This document shows, piece by piece, positions 1 through 10,400 of a stretch of 64,000 nucleotides of DNA; within the stretch, counting starts at the first letter, position 1; every line of letters starts with the position of its first letter. A program made the translations under genes and the position numbers. The notes beneath the pieces were generated by a model. The model saw only the letters and a list, made by a program, of their open reading frames with translations. It did not search any database and had not been told where the DNA came from. Origin of the DNA: Convolutriloba macropyga (lineage: Eukaryota); NCBI RefSeq assembly GCF_964194025.1, contig NC_134475.1, positions 65,844,001 through 65,908,000 on the forward strand, given 5' to 3'.

Positions 1-699
1 TGAATTTATTGTTGTGCTTGCTTTGTAAAATAATCTTTATTTTCTTTTTCATTTCCTCTCTTTCACTTCAATTGAGTTCATCAATTTTAAACAATTAATG
101 AAAGTGTGTTAAATAATTTGATAATTAAACAATATCGTTCGGATGCTATTTTGATACCCTTTTCACTCAATAATTCATTTTCTCTTCTAATCCTTTTTTC
201 ATAGAAGACCACGTTTAATCTGTTCGTAGTTTCTGACTACTAGCAAATCATTGACTTCCGCCTCAGCTTCTCAGCAGACTATTAAAGCGCTCCTATTTTT
301 GTACAATACAAAGAATTTAGATTGTATCGAATCGCTGTTTTTTTTTAATGTGTTCACTTTTTCTGATGACTTTTTAGCTTTCGAAACGGGATAAACTGGT
401 AAAGCTCAGCGGGCACTAAGTTGCAATAGAAGCCCTCAGCGGGCTATAGTAGCCTTTTAAGTGTCGAATGTACTGAAGTTGCTAGCAGCGTCTAAGTTCA
501 AGGTAAAGTGTACCTTTTTGGAGTTTGACTACAAAATTGTCGGGTTTTTCATGCTTTTTGTCTTTTTCAATTGACATTGGTTAAAGCGCGTAGTAGTTTT
601 CTGCTAGAAATGTTTTTGGGTGATCTTTTTTATGTATGTTTTGGTAATAGAAACTTGATTACAATAATTTGTACTAATTGTTGCAACTTCAAAATGTTT

Positions 700-1700
700 G
701 GAATTTTCTCTGGTTTTTTATATATTTTTTAATCTTTGGGGTCCAAAAAATCTTTTTTGAGCTTTAAGATCGGCTAATGAGTAGTCTTAGTTAACAACAA
801 ATTAAATTTGATGATTTCAAAATGAGGAAATTTAGCAAGATCTAATTATGAATTGAATTTTTTTCCAAGGTTTTTTGAAAGTTTGTCATTTTTGGAGTTT
901 TTTATTTTTAAGAGACCAAAGAAGACTTCCATAAGTTAAAAGAGAAGAGACTGGATAAAGTCTTGAAAATATGTATCTGAAGATATGAATCTAGTTTTGA
1001 AGATATGTGTCTGAGGAATTTTAGCAAACTTGAATTAATGTTTGCCAATTTCATGCTTTTTGAAAATCAATGACATTTTATGAGTGCTTTGGTCTCTAGC
1101 CGACAAGAAAGTTTTTCAGGGGTTTTAAGCTGATTACTGGTTGTTTTTTTGCTACAACTAAATACTTATGAAGATTTTAATCTGCGGAATTTCAGCAAAT
1201 TTTTTTGAGTGCCATTTTTTTAAATGTTTGCTGTTTGTTGAGGTTTTCGCTCTTTAGGGGCCAGTGTATGCTTTTGAGGGCTTGGTGATGATTAACTGAA
1301 CAGTTTTTTGTGACAACTGAAAGTTCAAAAGATATTAGTACGATAAATTTTAGCAATTCTCTTTTAAAATCGGTTTTTTCATGCTTTCGAAATTTCTTGA
1401 TCTTTTGTGACTCTGACAATCTTTAGGGGCCAATGAAAATTTTCCAAGCTTGTTGATGTGATAGTAGACAAATTTTAGGGGCGTAGACTTTGATTTTGAG
1501 AACATTAGCTCAGAAGTTTTGGCTTTATTTATCCAAATTGTTAAGCATTTTTTGTCGTTTTTCCTGTACCTTTTATGTGCAAACCAATTTTTGCTGGACT
1601 GTAGTTTCTTCATTCTTTAAATCTTTACAGGAAAGAATTCGTCTTGGTGACAAACATAGGAAACCTATGTTAGTAATAAAAAGACGAATTTGCGATCATA
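700..1700. repeat. Highly degenerate tandem array, period about 160-190 bp
   Basis: A GAGGAA(A/T)TTTAGCAA-like anchor recurs at ~825, ~1013, ~1186 and ~1342 with similar T-rich context. No credible ORF. Confidence 0.45.
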
Positions 1701-2538
1701 TTATAGTTTTGAAGTGTTTTGGAGTTTTGTCAATTTCAATTCTGAACGTCAATAATGATGTTGACGTTGTTGCTAGCTACATGTGCAGAGTAACAGAATT
1801 ACCATTATTGTATTGAATATATTGAAATAAGAAAATTGAAGCAAACCTGCAGCACATTTGTTGAAGAACGGTCTTTAACATGATTTCCTAAAAGAGTTAA
1901 CATTTCGAATGACGTTATTGTTTCTCTAAAATTGTGAAACTGTTCTTTATTCATAATAATCATTTGATTTGCTGGTCAGATGGTTGACTGCTTAATTTTT
2001 CATTTATATATTTGGATTGTTCTTAGAACTTGTCCTTTTTTTCTACAATTCAATGAGTTTGAATTGAATTGGTGCGTTGCCTTTTTTTAAGATCCGTTCA
2101 CGATTTTTTCAGCGTTTTCACGTCAGTGAGAACTCAAAATAGAGTGGTGATTTTAGTCACAATTAAATAATTCATGGAATGAAAAATCAAGTTGGTTTGA
2201 GGCTTGAATTTTTAAGATGCCTCTAAAGTGGAGTGAGAAATTGGTGTCTGAACAATTTGGCGGTTTTTGGGATAGATTTTTTTTCAGGTGCGTCAATTTG
2301 ACCTCGACTTTTGGAGTTTCCTCGCCTTTATTGCTTTTAAGACGGTACATATGTGTTCTAACTGTGCCTGTTTGCCTTTGCTGGAATTCATTAAGGGGAA
2401 GCTACATCTTTTAATGAATTTGCCTTTATCTGTTATAATAAAATAGTAATGAATTTTAGATTTAAACCTCTTTAAAATTTTCTATTGTCTTTTCAATTAG
2501 CATCGTAAATTATAATTTGGACTGGGTACAATTTCGGC

Positions 2539-2947
2539 TGTCGTACTCAAATGAAATTACGTACTTGATTTTGAGTCGCGAGTTGCAATTATGGTTCTAC
2601 TTTGCTAAATTGCGCGGCGGGTGCGCTTAGTACAGTTTATAAATGAATTCGCTTAGCGAATCGCTTGGCAAATACTTGTCTAGCTTACTTGACTAGTTAA
2701 GACGGCTAGTAAAGAATAAGTTAATTACGCAACTGTTCGTGAAGTGCCAAACTAAAAGAGTGATACTGAAAGTAAAATGATATCTCAGAAGTCACAACGA
2801 TCATGAACAACAATTTCCCGATGCGGGAATTAAGATAACAGACTAGCACATGAACTACACTTGCCCTTCAGTAATAAGTACACTAAAATAAAATAAGTAC
2901 ATCGTATAATAAATTTACTGCACTATATTAATTGATGATGTATGACA
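2539..2947 (-). repeat. 3' LTR of E1
   Basis: TGTCGTAC...GTATGACA with inverted termini; direct repeat of 9335-9743. Confidence 0.97.
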
Positions 2948-2958
2948 TTTCTCCCTCT
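2948..2958 (-). other. Polypurine tract of E1
   Basis: Minus strand reads AGAGGGAGAAA immediately before the 3' LTR. Confidence 0.9.
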
Positions 2959-3104
2959 GTAATGCGAATTAAAATTGCGTAGAATAAAATTTTAGTAACA
3001 ATATGGATAAAATTAATACTTATTCACCGGTTAAATAGTTGTCAACAATATATGTACTGGTTATCATAGCTAGTCATATTTAATAATATATCAAGTTTAG
3101 CTTT

Positions 3105-3602
3105 TCAAAGTTTTTGGATATCTTCCTCATCAATTATGAGTTCATTGGATGAGTTGTGATCCGCTGGTCGGGTGCGAGGATCTGTCGGGGATACCTGTCC
3201 TGTGATAGGCGAGGGGAACTCATTCTCGATTAGTTCAACTCGCGATGCAGTGTCCACAATTGTTTGCACTATAGATGGTTGTACTGACTCAACATCGCCT
3301 GCCGGTCGTTTTTTTCGAGGTTGGACAAAATTTGGGGGACAAGAGTTTGTTGACTCGCCAGATGAATCATCTTTATCATAGCCATAGTATTTTGTCCTTT
3401 TTGTAGCTTTTGACTGAGCTTGTTGTAAAGCTGCTGTTGGAGCTGATGTAGATGGGATGGCCAATTCTGATTGATTGTTTGTTGGAGGAGGAGCAATCAA
3501 CACTTCAGTGGTGATGATTTGCTGTTCGGGAGCAGTTTCTTGAATTGTGGGTACTTCTTGCGGCGCGAAATTTTCGGGTATTATCGGCATGCGTACACGC
3601 AT
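3105..3602 (-). pseudogene. Disordered Pro/Gln/Thr-rich C-terminal tail of E1 Pol (frameshifted continuation of the integrase ORF)
   Basis: Overlaps the end of the integrase ORF. RVRMPIIPENF and YYGY match E2 RGRIPKIPNF and YYGF. Contains a basic PRKKRP patch. Confidence 0.75.
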
Positions 3603-6025
3603 CGCACGAGCAATATTCGACTTATTGGATGAAACACCCCTCCCGTTTCCCGTTTACGATGTTTCATCTCACGGTCTCCTTTTTGAATACGGGTCGACTC
3701 TTTGATGTGGCTAAATATTTTAGCCTCTGTTGTTTTTTCGTGGATGCGTGGTCCTCTACGGTTCACGTACTCCATGAGTTTTGGCTTTCGTTCTTGGTGC
3801 GTACCAAATTTGGCAATATCGCTATTGCGAACTGTTACCTCTACTTTTCCGGGCTCGCGTATTACGGAGGTATAATGGTCCGTTTTTTGAACAATAGATC
3901 CTGGGGCCAATACCTCGTACAGCCCGTCAAGATTCTTTTTGGATCGTTTGTGAGGATGCTTCTTTCGAGCAATGTTTATCTGCACGGCATGTTCTTTTAG
4001 TGGAATTGCTCGATGTGCTTTAATAGTGCGGATAAATCGTGACTCGATATCAGCAGCGAGTCGATCACGCGTGGTGGCATCTCTTGTAGTCTTGCACATG
4101 TTGCGTTCTACTTCATCATCACTACGATCATTTCCCCAGTGCTCTTCAGGCAACAATTTGTTAGGCGTGACTGTTTCTTCATCTAAATAAAGATTCAAAA
4201 ATTTTTCATAACTTAAATCAGATGAATTTGGTTTAGTACTTATATTGCTAAGCAGTGTATTTGCTTTGCGCCCAAAATGTGATTCGAATGGCGAAAGCTT
4301 AGTTAATTTATGTTTGCATATGCGGAGCTGGTATATAATTGATTTTAATGCGGTTTTAATGGTGAGCGAATTTAATTCTTTGTTTGCCTCTCTTATACAT
4401 GCTAAGCGTTGTTTTATTGTACTAATAAATCTTTCCACTAAGCCTATTGCACGATGGTCATTTGCCGGGGCTGGTATATAAGTAATATTGTTTTTCGTAC
4501 AGAAATTTTTTACTTGATAACCTATAAGGCAACGAGCCTGATCTATTCTTAAAGAACGGGGAACTCCTTGAGTATGTAAATAATTATCCAAAAATTTTAT
4601 TACATTCGATGCATTCGCGTTTTCAAAAATTTCTGCAAATGGGTATTTCGAAAATCTATCAAAACATGTTAAAATATAGATTTCATGTTCTTTTTCAATA
4701 TTTATAGGTCCTGCAAAATCTATTTGTATTTCTTGATCTGGAACTATACATGGTGAATGTGCTTTGAATTGCTTTGCCGGAATAACAGGTTTTAAGTTTT
4801 TACCGATGGCAGTGCAAGATTTACACTCTATGGCTTTGACCAGCAGGTCGCGATTTTTGTATGGCCACCAGCAGTGCTGTGCCTTACATATCATTCCCCA
4901 GCTGCCCGGGTGACTTGCGTGCAGATCCTCGAGCAGCGCATCTTTGAGGGCGTTCGGGATGGCCACCTTCTCGTCCATACATACGCACCCGCTACTGACA
5001 TGAAGATCACGCCAATAGCTGTGGAGATACGGGTTGAGAGCTTTGAGTCGGTCCTCATCTGATCTGATAATGCAATCCCGAACCTCTTTTAGAACGGCGT
5101 CCTTGCTTGTTAGGGAAGCAAGCAGCCCTTTGTTGATTACTTTGCCCACCACTTTCTCAAATGAAATCACTTGGGGACTATCCGTGAGTGGGGTGCTGAG
5201 ATTGGAATACGAAGAGGATCGGCGCGCCGTGTTGGTTGTTGGGTTTTCTGTGAATGATACGCGAGGCGTAGTTCTATTTGCTCGAGTTGAGACTGATTTT
5301 CCTTTCATAGATGATGCTTGCTGACTCATTTTGGATGAGGTTTTAGTTTTTTCAATTAAATTAATTGACAAGGAGGAAGACAATTGCATTTCAGGTTGAA
5401 TTTGGGCAAAAAGCGACTTTTTATTGTTTGTCAATTGAGCACGTGAATTATTTAAAATATGTGAGTTTTGGGTACTAAATAAGGTAGGAATGTGAGACTT
5501 TTTCGTGATTGACAAGTGAGACTGACTTATTTGAGTAAATTGAGGCTTATTTTGGTAAGCGAGTGACGCCTTTCCTGTATTTGAGTTTATTTGAGACTCA
5601 ATTTGTAGAGGTGTAGTTTCAATAGGTAGACTATGCGACGCGAATTGAGATCTATTTTGGTAATTGTTAACATGCCTTGCAAAAGAGGCATTTGAATTAT
5701 GTGATATATTCTGTTGATTACTTAATAGGGTATTATGCCCAGCGGGTGTTAATTTGTTATGAGAAAAGCGTACTCGCGCTGCGGAAGCAGGATTAAAATT
5801 AGTGTATTTGGGAGTGGTTACTTTTGGAGTATGACTTGATTGTGCATATACAAATTGATTTTGTATTGAATGTACTCGCTCAGCATGTGCACTAGTAAAA
5901 TTCATACAATTAGTATGATTGAAATCTGGATTATAACTTTGATCAGTGAGTGATTTAATATTTTGAGTTAAGCGTACGCGCGAGGCGTGTTCACTATACT
6001 GATTTTTGATTGTGAAAGAGGACAA
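3581..6025 (-). pseudogene. E1 pol: long RH-IN spacer plus integrase
   Basis: Zn-binding H..H..C..C (LHASHPG...CKSC); DDE core QIDFAGP / RIDQA / GLVERF. Same frame as 6062-6577, separated by a single TAG. Confidence 0.93.
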
Positions 6026-6061
6026 AGGGGAAGAGTATTTTTGCGTAGCGAGTGCTGAATT

Positions 6062-7310
6062 CTAATCTGCTAAGCGTACGCGCTTAGCGGGATCACTATC
6101 AAAATTGAAGTTTTGATTTAAGAATGGTTTTAAGCTATGATTTTGCAGAGCGAGTGGCTTATTAACTTTTGTTTGGGATATAGGTTTAGCATAATCTATA
6201 TTCAACACTTGTTTAGTATGTTTGGTGGAATTTTGTATTTCACATTCACTATCATGATATAGTTTAGTAAGTTTATGAGCTGAAATGTTGTGTTTTTGTT
6301 GAAGTAATTTTGCATCAAGGTGTATGCGTGATAATGTTGCGACTAAAAATTCCTCGTCGTATTTAGAAATACTTTTTGCCGGTTTATATGGGTTACGTGA
6401 TATATAATCAACAAGTCCCATCTTTGCGCCTGGCAGGTGTTCTATTTTAAACTGGTAAGGTAAAAGACGATCAACCCATCGTGATAAACGATTATTATAA
6501 CTTTTGTTTGATCTGTGTTCTTTTAAGATTGAGAGAAGTGCTCGGTGATCGGTGATAATAGAAAATTTTTTTATCATAAAGATAATTTTTAAAATATTCT
6601 ATAGACCATACCACTCCGAGAAGTTCCAGTTCGTTAATACTATAACGTTCTTCATTACTATTTAAAAATCGGGATGCAAAAGAGATCGGCTTCCAACCAT
6701 CAACTGTTAGTTGTTCTAGTGCTGCTCCCAATCCGGAGCGAGAGGCATCACATTTAATTCGTGTTTCGAGTTGCGGGTTATAGTGAATATTTTCTTTATG
6801 ATTTGCTATGCGTGTTTTTATTGCATTGAAATGTGGAGTGTGATCGTCAGTCCAAATGGATTTGGTTGATTTACGAAGAAGGGGTCTTAAAGGATGGCAG
6901 AGTTGAGCTAGATTGGGAATAAATTTACTAATATAATGGACTGAGCCTAAGAACGAACGTAATTTTTTAACTGTATTAGGTGGTTGTAATGACAGAATAG
7001 ACGATGTTTTAGTTTCGAGTGGTGATATCCCAGATTGAGTAATATTATATCCTAATGAGGAGATTTCTTGCTTTGCAAAATGGCATTTAAGGAGATTAAT
7101 TCGGAGGTTATCTGCATCTAGTTTCTCAAGACAATCTAATACAAGTTTAAAATGGTCTTCTTCAGAACCTTTACTCACAATTAATATGTCATCCAAGAAA
7201 CAAAGTGTATTTTTGAGGCCGATTAGCGTGTAGTCCCTTGCCTTCTGAAACTCGGCAGGCATGTCAGTGAGGCCATAAAATCCCGTTTTAAAACGATATG
7301 TGCCTGTCAC
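6062..7310 (-). pseudogene. E1 pol: reverse transcriptase C-terminal part and RNase H (frameshifted)
   Basis: FYGLTDMPAEFQK, CFLDDIL catalytic motif, CDASRSGLGA, YSINELELL, TDHRAL, IEHLPG, VDYISR. Confidence 0.95.
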
Positions 7311-7373
7311 ATCACCACTTACAATATTGAAATTACAGTGTTTAGAGGTTTCGGGGTGAAGATTCAGTTGACT

Positions 7374-9335
7374 CTACGTGTTTTTAAGGTCTATAGTAGA
7401 AAAGTATATTGTATCTGCTTGTTCTGTTTTATAGTTTGTTATTATTTGTGATATGGAATCCATAAGTGTTTCGATATTCGGCATCTGATGCTTATTTTTG
7501 TGTATAGACTTATTAAGAACTTTCCAATCCAATGCTAACTTTATTGTCTGATCTCGTTTGACTGTAATTACTATAGGTGAAATAAAATATTGATCAGAAC
7601 AGTTATTCAGTTTTTCTATGTGTCCTTCTTCAAGAAGTTTTGTAATTTCAGTATTGACTCGTTCTTGCAAATTAATGGGTACTCTTCTACCCTTTTGATG
7701 TTTTGGTTGAAACTTTTTATGAAACTTAGATTTAACAATATGGATTTTTGACCGACCAATTCGTGAAATGAGTTGTGGAAATTGCTTTGCAATGCGAGTT
7801 TTGAATGGACATAGAAGTGTGATTGCGTTGACCATACTACCTTCATTTGAGTTTTGGGTTTGAGTAACCGAGATTCCGTCCAACAAATCTCTACCAATTA
7901 GTGGTTTTAGTCCGTCACGCACTACCTTAAATTCTGCATCTTCGATTTGCCATCCATTGCTCGCTATTGGTGCTTGTATCATACCCATAACATTTATGGG
8001 TTCATTTGCGAATGTTTTGAGTTCCTGAGGGGGTGTTGTCATCAACCATCGGGCAAGAGGGGAAATGTTCACTATTTCCGCCACAAGGGACTCGGGCAAG
8101 ATACTACACACACTGCCTGAGTCAGTGAGTAGTCCTACTTGGGTATTTCCAGTTTGTAACGTAGTATTCTTTGGTTCGATTTGTATAGAGTTACTTGCAA
8201 TGCTGGCGACCATGTTATCATCTGAGCTATCGTAGTCAGATTCGCATTGAGGGTTATAGTCCATATTTTGAATTGCGTTCACCGTCTGATCAATTGGGGT
8301 GTCTTCAACAGAGTTAACATTCGATCGGGTCGGCATATTTGATGAGGACTTCGGTTTTCGGCACACTCGTGAAAAATGATTTTGTAAACCACAGTTATTG
8401 CAGATCTTGCCTCTTGCAATACACTTGTCCTTGTGGTTTGCTGACCAAGTTAAACCACAATTTCTACATAGTTGATTTGATCGTCGAGTGGAGCTAGAAG
8501 TTTGTGGCCGTTGACTTGGTTGTCGAAAGGGTCGTTGAGAAGTTACCTCGTTAACATGCGATGCGGGTTGCGGATTTGTGATTTGCAGTTGGTTTCTTTG
8601 TCCTACTTCCATATTTATGGCCAAACGCGGAGCTTGAGCTGGTTCAAGAGTTTCTCGAAGTAACTCCCTCTGAATTTCTGGGTTTTGCATGTTTGCAATA
8701 AACAAGTCTCTAATCAGAGTGTCCTCTTGGCTTCCAAGTTCACAATTCTCGGATAATTCCTTCAGTTTGCCGAAGAAGTGCTCGATAGACTCTCCTTTCG
8801 ACTGTTTGGTAGTGGGAAGCATATACCTATCAAAGGTAATGTTGCGTTGACGGATAAATGTGGCTTCCATGATGTTCCAAAGTTCAGCTGTTGTTAAGAT
8901 GTCCATCTTGAGGTGCGGATTCCTGCTTCAAACAATTCGTCTTCCATCGGTGCCCAAACTGAGATATAGCATTGACACAGTCTTTCGGTCTGCCTGTGTC
9001 CACGGTTTGTCCCCACACATGATTCTTATCTCCATCTGTTTCTGGCAGTGACTTTCCCAATTCATTTTTAGTTGTGCGTTCCTTGCTAGTCTTTCCCTCT
9101 CCTATTGTGCCGACGATCCTGTTATTGTACTCTCATAGATTGGTTCAAGTGGTAGTTGTACTGTTTCCGGTTTCGGTTCCAGGAGAGTGTCTAGAGAAAT
9201 ATTTTCCTTCCTAAGGAGAGCCAATTTAGCCTGCATCTGCGACTTCTCCCACTTCAGTGGAGGATCAACGCTAGGTTTTTCCCAAAAGGGCTCAATGCCA
9301 AGTAGGGTCCGCTTTTGGGCTGCTGACTGCGCCAT
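7374..9335 (-). pseudogene. E1 gag, aspartic protease and RT N-terminus (two in-frame stops in gag)
   Basis: Starts MAQSAAQKRTLLGIEPFWEKP. Two Zn knuckles (CRNC..H..C; CNNCGLQNHFSRVC). Protease LTDSGS and LIGRD. RT start FISPIVITVK. Confidence 0.93.
9320..9334 (-). other. Primer-binding site of E1, probably tRNA-Ser
   Basis: TGGCGCAGTCAGCAG abuts the LTR. It is the complement of ...CUGCUGACUGCG-CCA, a 3' end typical of invertebrate tRNA-Ser (from memory, not searched). Confidence 0.8.
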
Positions 9336-9743
9336 GTCGTACACAAATGAAATTATGTACTTGATTTTGAGTCGCGAGTTTCAATTATGTTTCTACTTTG
9401 CTAAATTGCGCGGCGGGTGCGCTTAAAACAGTTTATAAATGAATTCGCTTAGCGAATCGCTTGGCAAATGCTTGTCTAGCTTACTTGACTAGTTAGGACG
9501 GTTAGTGAAGAATAAGTTAATTATGCAACTGTTCGAGAAGTGCAAAACTAAAAGAGTGATGCTGAAAGTAAAATGATACCTCATGAGTCACAACAATCAT
9601 GAACAACAATTTCCCGATGCGGGAGTTAAGATAACAGACTAGCACATGAACTACACTTGCCCTTCAGGAATAAGTACACTAAAATAAAATAAGTACATCG
9701 TATAATAAATTTTTTGCACTAAATTAATTGATGATGTATGACA
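9335..9743 (-). repeat. 5' LTR of E1
   Basis: Direct repeat of 2539-2947; candidate TATAAA on the minus strand at 9432-9437. Confidence 0.97.
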
Positions 9744-9779
9744 TTGGCATAAAAGAACCTAATTAATGGCCCGAATTAA

Positions 9780-10400
9780 AAGCTAGTGGTTTTTCGTGAC
9801 TTTGACACTACTTTACTCAAATAATCTGAAAGAATTTTTGAGTTCTGCAAGTATTTATTGTACATTTTGATGTCGTATCATTTCATTTCAATGGGGAGAG
9901 GTCTCTCATTTGGCTAGTAGGAGTTAAGTTTATCGATTTAATCGTTTTTGTTCAAAGCCAGTGCTTTCTATGACTTTGACAAGAATTGTATTCAATAATA
10001 ATTACGAATTTTTTGAATCTTGCTTTTTTTTATTGTCAATTTTGTCGTCTTAACTCTTAGTCTCATTATTGACAGATCTCATTGGTTGCTAACAGGGCAT
10101 CACTTAAAGAAAGTCATTTCAGTTCCTAGCTTTTGCTTCTTCTGACTTACACGCCTGTTTGTTTTTTTTTAAAATCTTAGTAATTTTTTTTGTTTTGCTA
10201 GCATTTATTGTACTTATTGCTGTCTTAAGACTTAATCTGAATGATGACAAGTCTAATTGTTGGTCTTTGAGGAATTAATTGTTTGCTGTAAATGTATCTT
10301 TTAAAATTTGTTGCGTTCTGTAATTTTTATACTAAGTGTTTTCAGCCGGTTTTATTGCGATTTTTGATTATTTTTGTCTGATCATTTAATATTATTAATG
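9780..10400. repeat. Degenerate ~175-bp tandem array
   Basis: A TGACTTTGACA-like anchor occurs at ~9798, ~9971 and ~10143 with similar downstream sequence. Confidence 0.45.

Larger units (their letters stand above)
2539..9743 (-). mobile_element. Full-length, degenerate Ty3/Gypsy LTR retrotransposon (Mag-like), element E1
   Basis: Two 409-bp TG..CA LTRs (~23 mismatches by eye, ~94% identical). 5-bp TSD with one mismatch (TCGGC 2534-2538 / TTGGC 9744-9748). PBS and PPT present. Domain order gag-PR-RT-RH-IN, with several stops and frameshifts. Confidence 0.97.

Noticed and set aside
3105-3602. env-like third ORF in E1
   Set aside because: No signal peptide or transmembrane segment; it is a frameshifted continuation of the integrase tail, homologous to E2.
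6062-6064. Programmed read-through at the in-frame TAG in E1 pol
   Set aside because: E1 has several other disabling stops and frameshifts, and a paralogous repeat has Gln-Asn in the equivalent place. A nonsense mutation is the simpler explanation.
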